DNA of 64,000 nucleotides, taken from an uncultured delta proteobacterium. Lineage in GTDB: Bacteria > Myxococcota > Myxococcia > Myxococcales > Myxococcaceae. The stretch lies in the NCBI GenBank assembly GCA_963776345.1, contig CAVZMH010000022.1, forward strand, positions 288,001 through 352,000. The letters run 5' to 3'. Made by a program: the position numbers and the translations under genes. Of the stretch, positions 19,650 through 29,277 are shown piece by piece; position 1 is the stretch's first letter; every line of letters starts with the position of its first letter. The notes below the pieces were generated by a model. It did no database searches. It was not told the origin of the DNA and saw nothing but the letters and a program-made list of their open reading frames with translations.

Positions 19650-20972
19650 ATGCTCCATCGAGGAAAGGCCGCGCGCTCGGCTCTGAAGCCATGGGTGCTC
19701 GCGCTCGCCACCCTGCCGGCGCTGCCCGGCCCCGCCTCCGGTCAGCCGTCCGCCAGCCGGACCGAGCCTCACGTGATCCAGCACGCGCCGGGGACGCCGG
19801 TCAGCTTCGACCAGGCCCTGGGGCTCGCCGCACGCGCTCCGGCCGTGCTCGGCGCCGAGGCGGCGGTCGACGAACAGCGGCGCGTCGGTCAGTCCGTCTC
19901 GTCGATGATCGCCAACCCCACGTTGACCGTCCAGCCAGGGGCGGCCAAGGACCCGCTCGACGATCAGTGGAAGTTCTTCGGCGAGACCACGCTGATGCAG
20001 TCCTGGAACCTCTCCGGGCTTCCGGGCAACCGCAAGGCCTCGATCGCCGCCGAGGGCGCGGTGCTCACCGCGGAGGCCCGGTCAGCCGCGCTCTCCCACC
20101 GGCTCGCCGCGGCCCAGGCCTGGATGGAGCTGTGGGCCGCACAGCAGTCGCTCGCGGACGCGTTGCAGGAATCGGAGCTCGCCCGTGAGTTCTCCTCCCG
20201 GATGGCCCACGCCGCCGCGGCCGCCGCCTTCACGCGCGCCGAGGCCGCCGACGCCGCCACCTACGCCGCCGAGGCCCACGTCCTGGCCATCGCCGCCGAG
20301 GGGGAGGTGGTGGATCGTGGCTTCCAGCTGGCGGTGAGCATGGGACAGGGCGCAGAGCGGTCGCTGGTCGCCTCCGGGCCGCTTCCCTCGCCTCCCGCGC
20401 CGCTGCGCTCCGACTGGCCGGCGCTGCTCGAGGCCGCCGGGAAGCTCCCCCCGGTGGTCGCTCGCAAGATGGTCGGAGACGCCGAACGCGCCAGGGACGT
20501 GGAACTCCGCTCCGCCAGAGGCTGGGGGCTGGGCACCGGCGTGAAGGGGACCCGCGACTACCTGGCGACCTGGGGCGTGCAGGCGGTGCTGGAGGTCTCG
20601 GTCCCGCTCTTCGACCGTGGCGAGCGCGAGGCCGCAGCCCAGGCCGCCGCGGCGCTGCGCTCGGATGGAGAGCACCGCGAGGCGCTGGAGGTGGCCGCCA
20701 CCGAGCTCACCCGCGCACTGCACGAGGTGGAGCACACCGGCGAGGTCCTCGCCGCCGTCGAGACGGAGCTCCTCCCCGCCGCTGCGGAGGGCGCCCGGGT
20801 CCGGGAGGCCTCGATGCGTGCCGGCGAGACCACGGTGCTCGAGGTGCTGGTCGCCCGCCGGTCATGGGCCGCGGCGCGTGCCCGGCGCACCCGGGCGGTG
20901 GCCTCGCACGCCTGGGCACAGGTCAAGGTGTGGATGCTGCTCGCCGACCTCACGCTGGGAGGCACGAAGTGA
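19650..20972 (+). CDS. TolC/CzcC-like outer membrane efflux protein
   Basis: Signal peptide, helical composition, VSVPLFDRG and AGETTVLEVL motifs; first gene of the RND operon. Confidence 0.8.
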   Translation: MLHRGKAARSALKPWVLALATLPALPGPASGQPSASRTEPHVIQHAPGTPVSFDQALGLAARAPAVLGAEAAVDEQRRVGQSVSSMIANPTLTVQPGAAKDPLDDQWKFFGETTLMQSWNLSGLPGNRKASIAAEGAVLTAEARSAALSHRLAAAQAWMELWAAQQSLADALQESELAREFSSRMAHAAAAAAFTRAEAADAATYAAEAHVLAIAAEGEVVDRGFQLAVSMGQGAERSLVASGPLPSPPAPLRSDWPALLEAAGKLPPVVARKMVGDAERARDVELRSARGWGLGTGVKGTRDYLATWGVQAVLEVSVPLFDRGEREAAAQAAAALRSDGEHREALEVAATELTRALHEVEHTGEVLAAVETELLPAAAEGARVREASMRAGETTVLEVLVARRSWAAARARRTRAVASHAWAQVKVWMLLADLTLGGTK

Positions 20973-22084
20973 GGAGACTCCGGAACGCCACCGCCGGCCT
21001 GCTGAGAACGCTCCTGGTCGCGGCCGCGGCGGCCGGCTCCTCCGGCTGCGGGAAGCACGGTGCTGCCCCCGAGGAGGAGCCGCCCATCCCCAGCGCGCGC
21101 ACGCCGTGGGTCCTGGCCCGCTCCAGCGAGGGCGTCCCGCTCCTCGAGGCCCCGGCCCAGGTGCTGCCCTCTCCGCAGGGGCAGGCCGGCGTGGTCCCGC
21201 CCTACCGCGCGCGGGTCATCCAGGTCCTCGTCCGCCCCGGGGACCGCGTCATCAAGGGTCAGCCGCTGGTCGAGGTGGTGATGCCGGAGGTCTCGACCGC
21301 CGCCGGCGCCTATGCTGCCGCATCCACCCGGGTCGACGCCTACGGCCGCCGCAAGGCCCAGCTCGACGCGCTCAAGTCCCAGGGGCTGGTCCGCCTGGTC
21401 GACGTGCTGGAGGCCGAGACCAAGCTGGCAGAGGCCCGCGCCGACCAGCAATCCGCGGCAGCCACGCTTCGCGTCGCGCAGATCGAGCCGGCCGAGGCGG
21501 CCGGCATCGTGTCCGGCAAGAAGCCGGTCTGCCTTCGCAGCCCCATCGCCGGCATGGTCACCGCGGTCGGCGTCGCGGTGGGGGACAGCCGGGAGCCCAC
21601 CGGAGACCCGGTGGTCCGCGTCGCCGGAGAGGGCGACTCGCGCGTCGAGGCACGTTTCTCCCGGCCGGTGGACACCGAGATCGCGGCCTTCGAGCTGATC
21701 ACCTCCAGCGGCGGTCACCATCCCCTCACCTTCGTCGCCCGTGCGCCGGTGATGGACCCACGCGACGGCACCATCTCCGTCTGGCTGATCCCCGAGAAGG
21801 GCACCCAGCTCCAGCCAGGCCTCACCGGCCGGGTGGTGGTGACGCTTCCCGGCGCCGCGCATGTCGCCGTGGTCCCGGCGCGAGGGGTGGGGCTCTTCGC
21901 GGGGAGAGCTTTCGTCGTCGCGCGGAGGAACGGCAAGCCGGAGCGGGTTCCGGTCGAGGTCATCGCCAGCTCCGGCGCAGAGGCGCTGGTGAAGGGAATC
22001 GCGGTCGGCGAGGAGGTGGCCGCCGATGCAGCGCTGGCCGAGGCGCCCTCCACCGCGTCGCCGGCGCCGGAGAAGGGGCCGTGA
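20969..22084 (+). CDS. RND efflux periplasmic adaptor (CzcB-like lipoprotein)
   Basis: Lipobox-like SSGC, VRPGDRVIKGQPL and LRSPIAGMV lipoyl half-motifs; GTGA overlaps on both sides. Confidence 0.85.
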   Translation: MRRLRNATAGLLRTLLVAAAAAGSSGCGKHGAAPEEEPPIPSARTPWVLARSSEGVPLLEAPAQVLPSPQGQAGVVPPYRARVIQVLVRPGDRVIKGQPLVEVVMPEVSTAAGAYAAASTRVDAYGRRKAQLDALKSQGLVRLVDVLEAETKLAEARADQQSAAATLRVAQIEPAEAAGIVSGKKPVCLRSPIAGMVTAVGVAVGDSREPTGDPVVRVAGEGDSRVEARFSRPVDTEIAAFELITSSGGHHPLTFVARAPVMDPRDGTISVWLIPEKGTQLQPGLTGRVVVTLPGAAHVAVVPARGVGLFAGRAFVVARRNGKPERVPVEVIASSGAEALVKGIAVGEEVAADAALAEAPSTASPAPEKGP

Positions 22085-25000
22085 TCCAGGCCTTCGTCGG
22101 CTGGTCGGTCCGCCACCGCGTCCTGGTGGTCGGCACCACGCTGGCGCTGATGGTGGTGGGCGCCCTGGTAGGCGGCCTCCTGAAGTTCGACGCGCTTCCC
22201 GACACCACCAACAACCAGGTGCTGGTGCTCACTCGCGCCCCCGGTCTCACCCCCGAGGAGGTGGAGCGGCTGGTCAGCCGTCCGATCGAGGTGGCGCTGG
22301 GAGGCCTGCCCGGGCTGGTGGAGCAACGGAGCCTGTCACGCTACGGCATCTCGGCGGTGACCGCGGTGTTCGTGGACGGCCTCGACGTGTACCGGGCCCG
22401 GCAGATGGTCCAGGAGCGGCTCAACGGTCTGTCCTTTCCCGCCGGCGTCACCCCGCCCGAGCTCGGCCCGGTCACCGGGGGCCTGGGCGAGATCTTCCAC
22501 TTCACTCTCGACTCCCCGCGCCGCAGCCCCTCCGAGCTGCTGGAGATCGCCCAGTTCAAGGTGGCCCCGATGCTGCGCAGCGTCCGCGGCGTGGTGGAGG
22601 TGAACACCTGGGGCGGAGAGCAGCGGGTGCTCGAGGTGAAGGCCGACCCGATGCGCCTCGCTGCCCGTGGGCTCACGCTGCAGGACGTGCAGGATGCGCT
22701 GGCCAGCGCCACGGGCACCGCGCCGGGCGCGGCTCTCCCCGCGGGCTCGGGCCAGACCCTGCTCCGCGCGGTGGCCTTGCCCCGGACCGCCGGCGACCTC
22801 GGCTACGCGCTGGTGTCCCGGCGCGACTCCAACGCCAACCCGGTCCGTCTGGCCGAGGTGGCCGACATCGCGATGGGCTCCTCCACCCGCATCGGTGCGG
22901 CGAGCGAGAACGGCAAGGGCGAGACCGTCTACGTGATGGCGCAGATGCTCCGCGGCGAGAACGCGCTGAACGTGATGAAGCGGTTGAAGAAGCAGATGGT
23001 GGAGGTCCGCAAGGCCGTCCCGGAGGACGTCTTCGTCGACGTGGTCTACGACCGGAGCACGCTGGTCACCGGCACGCTCCGCACCGTCTTCAAGAACCTG
23101 CTCGAGGGCGGTCTGCTGGTGGGGGCGGTGCTCTTCCTGATGCTCGGCAGCTGGCGGGCCGGGCTGCTGGTCGCCTCCGCCATCCCGCTCTCCATGCTCG
23201 GCGCCACCGCGGCGATGGTGGCCTTCGACGTGCCCGGGAATCTGATGTCGCTCGGCGCGCTGGATTTCGGCCTCATCGTCGACGGCGCGGTGGTGATGGT
23301 GGAGGCGGTCTTCCACGGCTTCGACCGTTCCGCCCACCTGCTCCAGGACCCCAAGCGCCGCCGGACGCTCTGGGTCCGTCACGTCGAGCAGGTGACCGGG
23401 ACGGTGGCCGAGCCGGTCTTCTTCTCGGTGCTGATCATCCTGCTGGTCTACCTGCCGGTCCTGTCGCTCACCGGCGTGGACGGCAAGATGTTCCGGCCGA
23501 TGGCGCTGACCGTGGTCTTCGCCCTGGCGACCTCGCTGGTGCTCTCGCTCACCTTCGTCCCGGCGGCGACCGCGCTCTTCCTCGGGCCGAGGGACGTCCC
23601 GGACGGTGCTCCGTTCCTGGTGCGGTGGATCGAGCGGGGCTACCGGCCGCTCCTTCGCGCCGCGGAGGCCCGCCCCTGGGTGGTGGCCGCCAGTTCGGCG
23701 GTGCTCCTCGCGCTCGGGGGTCTCTTCTTCGCCCGGGCCGGAAGCGAGTTCGTCCCGCAGCTCGACGAGGGGGACCTGGTGGCGCAGGTGACGCGGGCGG
23801 CGGACATCTCGCTCGACACCGCGGTCTCCGAGGCAGGGAAGCTCGAGGCGGTGATGATGCAGAAGGTTCCGGAGGTGAAGGAGGTGGTCTCTCGCATCGG
23901 AAGCCCGGCGGTGGCCACCGACATCATGGGACTCGAGCAGGCGGACGTCTTCGTGCTGCTCAGGGCCCGGGACAGCTGGCGACCGGGCGTCGACAAGGTG
24001 CAGATCATCGCGGAGATCGACCGGGCAGCGAAGTCGATCAACGCCAACGCCGAGATCTCCTTCACCCAGCCGATCCAGATGCGCTTCAACGAGCTGCTGG
24101 GTGGCTCGGTGGCCGACGTCGCCATCTCCATCTACGGCGACGACCTGGCGGAGCTGAGCCGCCTCGCGGCGCGCACCGCGGAGGTGGTGGGGCGGGTCCC
24201 CGGCGCCGTCGACACCCGGGTGATCGCGCCGCCGGCGGTCTCGCTGCTGGAGGTACGGCCGCGACCGCTGGACGCCTCGCGGGCCGGCTTCACGGTGAAG
24301 AACCTGCTCGAGGCCGTCCAGTCGATCCGGACCGGCGTGGAGGTGGGAGCGACGTACGACGGGCCGCTGCGGGTCCCCATCCTGCTCCGGCTGGGGGGAG
24401 GGGCCAACGCCTTCACCCTGGGCGACCTGTCCATCCCCGCTCCGAGCGGGGGCCTTGTGCCGCTGGGGCGCGTCGCCGACGTGGAGCTGACCACCTCGCC
24501 GAGCCTCGTCTCGCGGCAGAACGGGGAGCGGCGCATCGTGGTCGGCTTCAACGTCCGCGGCGCCGACCTGGGCTCGGTGGTGAAGCAGGCCGAGACGCTG
24601 GTGGCCGGCGAGCTGAAGCTGCCGCGCGGCTACCGTCTCGACTGGGGTGGTCAGTACGAGACCCTGGTGGACGCGAAGCGACGCCTCTTGATCGTCATCC
24701 CGGCGGTGATGGTCCTGATCATGGCGGTGCTCCTCTACGCCTTCCGGAAGCTGCGCCCGGCACTGCTCATCTTCCTCAACGTCCCGTTCGCCTCGGTGGG
24801 CGGGATGCTGCTGCTCGCGATGCGCGGCATGCCGGTGTCGATCTCCGCCGCGGTGGGGTTCATCGCGCTCTCCGGAATCGCGGTGCTCAACGGCGTGGTC
24901 CTCATGTCCCGGTTGCTCGCGCTGGAGGTGTCGGGGCTGGCACCGGGTGCTGCGGCCATGGGTGCGGCGAGGGAGCGGGCCCGTCCGGTGCTGATGACCG

Positions 25001-25242
25001 CGCTCGTCGCCGCCCTGGGCTTCGTGCCGATGATGCTCGCCAGCGGCGTGGGCGCCGAGGTGCAGCGGCCGCTGGCGACGGTGGTGGTCGGCGGGCTGGT
25101 GACCTCGACCCTCCTCACGCTGCTCATCCTCCCCAGCCTCTATCCCTGGTTCGCTCGCATCGGAGCGAAGGCCGAGCCGGAGGGCGAGCCGGAGCGTCCG
25201 TCGACGCCGGGAATGGTCCCCGCCGGCGACACCGAGCGCTAG
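22081..25242 (+). CDS. czcA: CusA/CzcA-family heavy-metal efflux RND transporter
   Basis: About 1053 aa; DALPD, GNLMSLGALDFGLIVDGAVVMVE, FTQPIQMRFNEL, RPVLMTALVAALGFVPM, AEVQRPLATVV. Confidence 0.92.
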   Translation: MIQAFVGWSVRHRVLVVGTTLALMVVGALVGGLLKFDALPDTTNNQVLVLTRAPGLTPEEVERLVSRPIEVALGGLPGLVEQRSLSRYGISAVTAVFVDGLDVYRARQMVQERLNGLSFPAGVTPPELGPVTGGLGEIFHFTLDSPRRSPSELLEIAQFKVAPMLRSVRGVVEVNTWGGEQRVLEVKADPMRLAARGLTLQDVQDALASATGTAPGAALPAGSGQTLLRAVALPRTAGDLGYALVSRRDSNANPVRLAEVADIAMGSSTRIGAASENGKGETVYVMAQMLRGENALNVMKRLKKQMVEVRKAVPEDVFVDVVYDRSTLVTGTLRTVFKNLLEGGLLVGAVLFLMLGSWRAGLLVASAIPLSMLGATAAMVAFDVPGNLMSLGALDFGLIVDGAVVMVEAVFHGFDRSAHLLQDPKRRRTLWVRHVEQVTGTVAEPVFFSVLIILLVYLPVLSLTGVDGKMFRPMALTVVFALATSLVLSLTFVPAATALFLGPRDVPDGAPFLVRWIERGYRPLLRAAEARPWVVAASSAVLLALGGLFFARAGSEFVPQLDEGDLVAQVTRAADISLDTAVSEAGKLEAVMMQKVPEVKEVVSRIGSPAVATDIMGLEQADVFVLLRARDSWRPGVDKVQIIAEIDRAAKSINANAEISFTQPIQMRFNELLGGSVADVAISIYGDDLAELSRLAARTAEVVGRVPGAVDTRVIAPPAVSLLEVRPRPLDASRAGFTVKNLLEAVQSIRTGVEVGATYDGPLRVPILLRLGGGANAFTLGDLSIPAPSGGLVPLGRVADVELTTSPSLVSRQNGERRIVVGFNVRGADLGSVVKQAETLVAGELKLPRGYRLDWGGQYETLVDAKRRLLIVIPAVMVLIMAVLLYAFRKLRPALLIFLNVPFASVGGMLLLAMRGMPVSISAAVGFIALSGIAVLNGVVLMSRLLALEVSGLAPGAAAMGAARERARPVLMTALVAALGFVPMMLASGVGAEVQRPLATVVVGGLVTSTLLTLLILPSLYPWFARIGAKAEPEGEPERPSTPGMVPAGDTER

Positions 25243-25265
25243 GCGCAGGCGGCGCGGGCCGGCAC

Positions 25266-26003
25266 TCAGCGGACCAGCGAGGTCAGCCGGTCAGCGAGGC
25301 CCAGCCAGCCAGGGGTGAAGGCGATGGCCAGGCGCGCGGGAACCGAGAGCACCACGAACAGGCCACCCCAGAGCGTGGCCGGGTGAAGCCGCCCGCGGGT
25401 GCTCAGGTCCCACACCACCAGCGGGACCAGGAACAAGGTGGTGACCCCGAGGACCACCGGCGGGCCGAGCCCGAGATAGAAGATCAACCAGCGGGCGAGG
25501 GCTGGGGGCAGCAGTCCGATGGTCGCCAGCAGCATCAGCCGCTTGTGCGCCTGCGGACGGCGCCGGGCGACGACCGCCGCGGCGAAGAGGACGGCGAAGA
25601 CCAGCAGGGCGAAGAGCGGGACGACCAGGAAGCGCCGGGCGTCGAGGCCCGGTGGCGAGACACCCCGCCCCACGGCCTGAAGCGCCGTGACGGTGCCCAC
25701 CCCGAGCATCAGGACGGCGAGCGCCACGCCGGCGAGCCCGAGGCGCCGGTGGAGCGGAACTCTCCCCGTCGCCACCAGGCGCGCCTGGACGACGAGCAGC
25801 ACCATCCACCCGCTGAAGAGGAGAGCGTGGACGTGGATGAGACCGGTGACCGGCAGCTGACCGGCGAGTGCAGGGGCCGGAAGCAGCGGTCGGAGGTAAT
25901 AGGTCCGCGCGAAGCCGGCGAAGACGACCAGGGCCATGAAGACCGTGAACCCGCTGTAGAACGCGCGTTCCGGGTTCGGCGTTGCGAGCGCGACCTTGGT
26001 CAT
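25266..26003 (-). CDS. Hypothetical polytopic membrane protein
   Basis: About 7 TM helices; HRRLG, AHKRLMLLAT, GRLHPAT motifs; coding-like codon usage. Confidence 0.75.
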   Translation of the reverse strand: MTKVALATPNPERAFYSGFTVFMALVVFAGFARTYYLRPLLPAPALAGQLPVTGLIHVHALLFSGWMVLLVVQARLVATGRVPLHRRLGLAGVALAVLMLGVGTVTALQAVGRGVSPPGLDARRFLVVPLFALLVFAVLFAAAVVARRRPQAHKRLMLLATIGLLPPALARWLIFYLGLGPPVVLGVTTLFLVPLVVWDLSTRGRLHPATLWGGLFVVLSVPARLAIAFTPGWLGLADRLTSLVR

Positions 26004-26285
26004 CCACGTCCCCGTTTCGTGAAGTTCCGGCAGATCACGTCCGCATCCTAGAGGCCAGCGCCCTGGAGACGGAGCATCTCGGGCATCGTGATGCCCCTCC
26101 GGCCATGTGCTGCGGTGCGGTGCGCGCGCTCGCCCGCCGCTCCGAACCGGCCTCGCGCCGCAAGCAGTGATGGAGCGTCCGCGAGGGAGGGGTCACCGAT
26201 GACCGCGCGTCCATTCCTTGCCACTCCCCCCGGGCGACCCGTAAGAACGCGGGCCGCCCCGGTGGCGACAGCGGAGGTTCGAACG

Positions 26286-29277
26286 ATGAACGGAGTCCCG
26301 ACCGTCCCCGGTGCCATGCGCCGGTCGACCGCGCCGCTGCTCCTCGCCGCCGTCGCGCTGCTCGCCCCCGCGGCACGGGCCGACGGCGGGCTCGAGTACT
26401 TCAAGAACTTCTTCGTCACCGGCGATGCGCTCGTCTCCGGGGTGCAGCTGCAGCACCAGGGGGTCAACGGCTTCGCCACCGGGCAGGTGACGGTCGATCC
26501 GGCGCAGATTCCCGCGGGCGCGGAGATCGTCGCCGCCTACCTCTACTGGCAGACGATCTACCGCGGCGCGGCGCCGGCGCCCTCCGCCCTGCCAGGCGCG
26601 AAGTTCAAGAAGAACGACATCCGCGGGAGCACCGTGCTGCTCGGCCCGGCCAGCGCGAGCCCGTGCTGGGACGACGACGGTGGGAAGGACAACCGGACCG
26701 TCTACACCTACCGCGCCGACGTGCTGCGCTTCTTTCCCGCGCATCCGCCCGGCGGACACCACCCGCCCGGTCCAGGTGCTGGTCGGCGGGGCGCACGAGG
26801 TCACGCTCCCGGACGCGGGCAAGAGCAAGCGGCTCCCGACGACGCTCGGGGCGGGCCTGGTCGTGGTCTACCGGGTCACCGGCTACGATCCGGCGAGCGG
26901 CTACAACGCACCGAGGCAGCCCCTCCGGTCGATCGTCATCTTCGACAAGAGCGGGGCTCAGGACGTCCCGGGCCGCCCGCTGACCGCGACGCTGGAGGGG
27001 TTCTACGAGGCCTCGCGAACCGCCCCCCACGCCAAGCTGTCGCTCCTGCTGTCGACGGGTGCCGCCGGGGACCGCGACGACGATCACCACGGGGACAAGA
27101 AGCGCCAGGACGACGGCCAGAGCTGGCGCGTCCTCCTGTCCAGCACCCTCTCCCCGGCCGACAGCGCGCTCGTCGGCACCCGCCCCTCCGGGAGCGACGC
27201 AGGCTTCGGTGCGGTGACCTTCGGCTCGGTGCCGCTCGAGCCCGGGGCGATGAAGGCGCTGGTCACCGTCGATGCGGGCAAGGACCGGGGCTGCAGCTGC
27301 CTCACCTGGGGCGCCGCCGTGCTCAGCACGGAGGTGCAGGACTCCGACGGCGACGGCCTGGTCGACGCCTGGGAGGAACGGGCCGAATGGGAGGAGCTCT
27401 CCCGCACGGTGCCGCCCTGCGCCTCCGCGAGCCTGGGCTCGGTCTACCCGAGCTGGCCTCTCACCGACCCGACCGGCGTGCCGTTGCCGGACCTCCAGGC
27501 GATGGGCGCGAGCCGAGGCATCCAGGACCTCTTCGTCCAGATCGACTACTTGACCGGAACCGGTCACACCCACCTGCCGAGCAAGGCCGCCCTCTTCGCC
27601 GTGGCGAACGCCTTCCACGGCGCCGCGCCGCGCGCCGCGCGCGCCAGCGGTCCCATCGCCGTGCACTTCGACATCGGCGCTCCACCGCCCGGCTGGAGCG
27701 TCGCCGCCTGCGGGGCCACCTGGACCCCGGACTGCGCCATCGTCCCCGCTGCCCTGGCGAAGGGCGGAGTTGCGATCCCCGAATCGGTCTGCTCCGACCC
27801 CGCCAAGTGCGCCTTCCCGGCCTCGAACGTCCCGGGCATCGTCGGGTGGAAGAACGGCTTCCGGGCCTACCGTGATCCGCGCTTTGCGCGAAACCGGAAG
27901 GACATCTTCCACTACGCGCTCTTCGCCCACGCCCTCGGTTACCCGTCGCCCACTGACCCGGCGCAGCCGCGGAAGACCTCCGGCATCTCGGACGTCTCCG
28001 GCGGGGATCTCATGGTGACCCTCGGCCTGTGGGACAACCAGAGCGATCTGGTCCAGGCGGCGACGCTGATGCACGAGCTCGGCCACAACCTCGGGCTCCG
28101 GCACGGAGGCATCGGCCCCTCGGGCGGCCTGGAGCCGAACTGCAGGCCCAACTACCAGAGCGTGATGAACTACCTCTTCCAGGTGGCGGGGCTGCTCACG
28201 CCCGAGGGCACGCCGGTCATCGACTTCTCGCGCCAGGCGCTGCTGGCGCTGAACGAGTCCAGGCTGGTCGAGGCGAGCGGGCTCGGTCCGACCGACTACC
28301 TGGCGCGCTGGTATGCGCCCAAGAGCACCAGCTTCATCGACCAGGCGCTGAACACCACCCCCGCCACCCGTCACTGCGACGGCACGCCGCTCGGGCCTCT
28401 CGACACCACCCCGTATGTCCGCGTCGACGCCGATCCGCGCCGGCTGGCCTCCAGCACGCCGGAGGCGCTCGACTGGAACGGAGACGGGACGATCACCACC
28501 GCGCCCAGCGCGCCCCTGGACATCAACTTCGACGGGATGCTCGACAGCTTCGACCCGGGCTCCAACGACTTCGCCACGATGGACCTCCGCCAGGTCGGGG
28601 GCCGCCGGAGCATCGGCAGTCAGAGCATGAGCCAGAGCGTGGTCGATCCGGTGACGGGTCTGGCGCCGGCCACGCCGATCGGCGGCGGCCTGTCCCTGGA
28701 CGCCCGGCCGGAGGACCTCGGCTACGGGGACCTGGGCTACGGAGATCTCGGCTACGGGGATCTCGGGTACGGAGACCTGGGCTACGGCGACCTCGGCTAC
28801 GGCGACCTCGGGTACGGAGACCTGGGCTACGGCGACCTCGGCATCCCGGCCGACGAGCCGCTCGGCTCTGGCGACCTGGACCTCGAGACCGCCAAGACGC
28901 TGGCCAGCAACCCGACCGGTCTGACTGCGACCGTGGTGAAGAGCGGGCAGGGAGACGATCGGTCCCGGAAGCAGCGCAAGGATGACGACGACGACTGCTC
29001 CAGGCTCTCCGTCCTGCTTGCGTGGCAGGCGCCCAACGTGAGCGGAGCGATCGGCTACCAGGTCTACCGGGTGGCCGGCGCCGGCGTCACGCCGGAGAAC
29101 CTCGCCCGCAAGGTGCTCGTCGCCAACCTCAGGACCGGCCAGTTCACCTCGGCCACCGACACCGGGATCAAGAAGCGGGGGACCTACACCTACTTCGTGG
29201 TGGCGACGGTCAAGGCTCCCGACGGAACCGTCACGGTCCAGAGCGGCCCGTCGAACTTCGCCACCGTCACCCTCTAG
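26286..29277 (+). CDS. Large secreted zincin-like metalloprotein with DLGYG repeats and FN3-like C-terminus, frameshifted near 26737
   Basis: RBS GGAGG, signal peptide ending AARA, AEIVAAYLYW; removing one C at 26736-26738 joins it to ORF 26680..29277 with DSDGDGLVDAWE, HELGHNLGLRH, NYQSVMNY and (DLGYG)8. Confidence 0.8.
28714..28842 (+). repeat. 15-bp tandem repeat, 8 full copies plus partial, encoding (DLGYG)8-DLG
   Basis: Units GAY-CTS-GGS-TAC-GGN differ only at synonymous positions. Confidence 0.95.

Noticed and set aside
28714..28842. 15-bp periodic array as a possible CRISPR or non-coding VNTR
   Set aside because: No spacers, in frame in a CDS, variation only synonymous, and no cas genes in the window.
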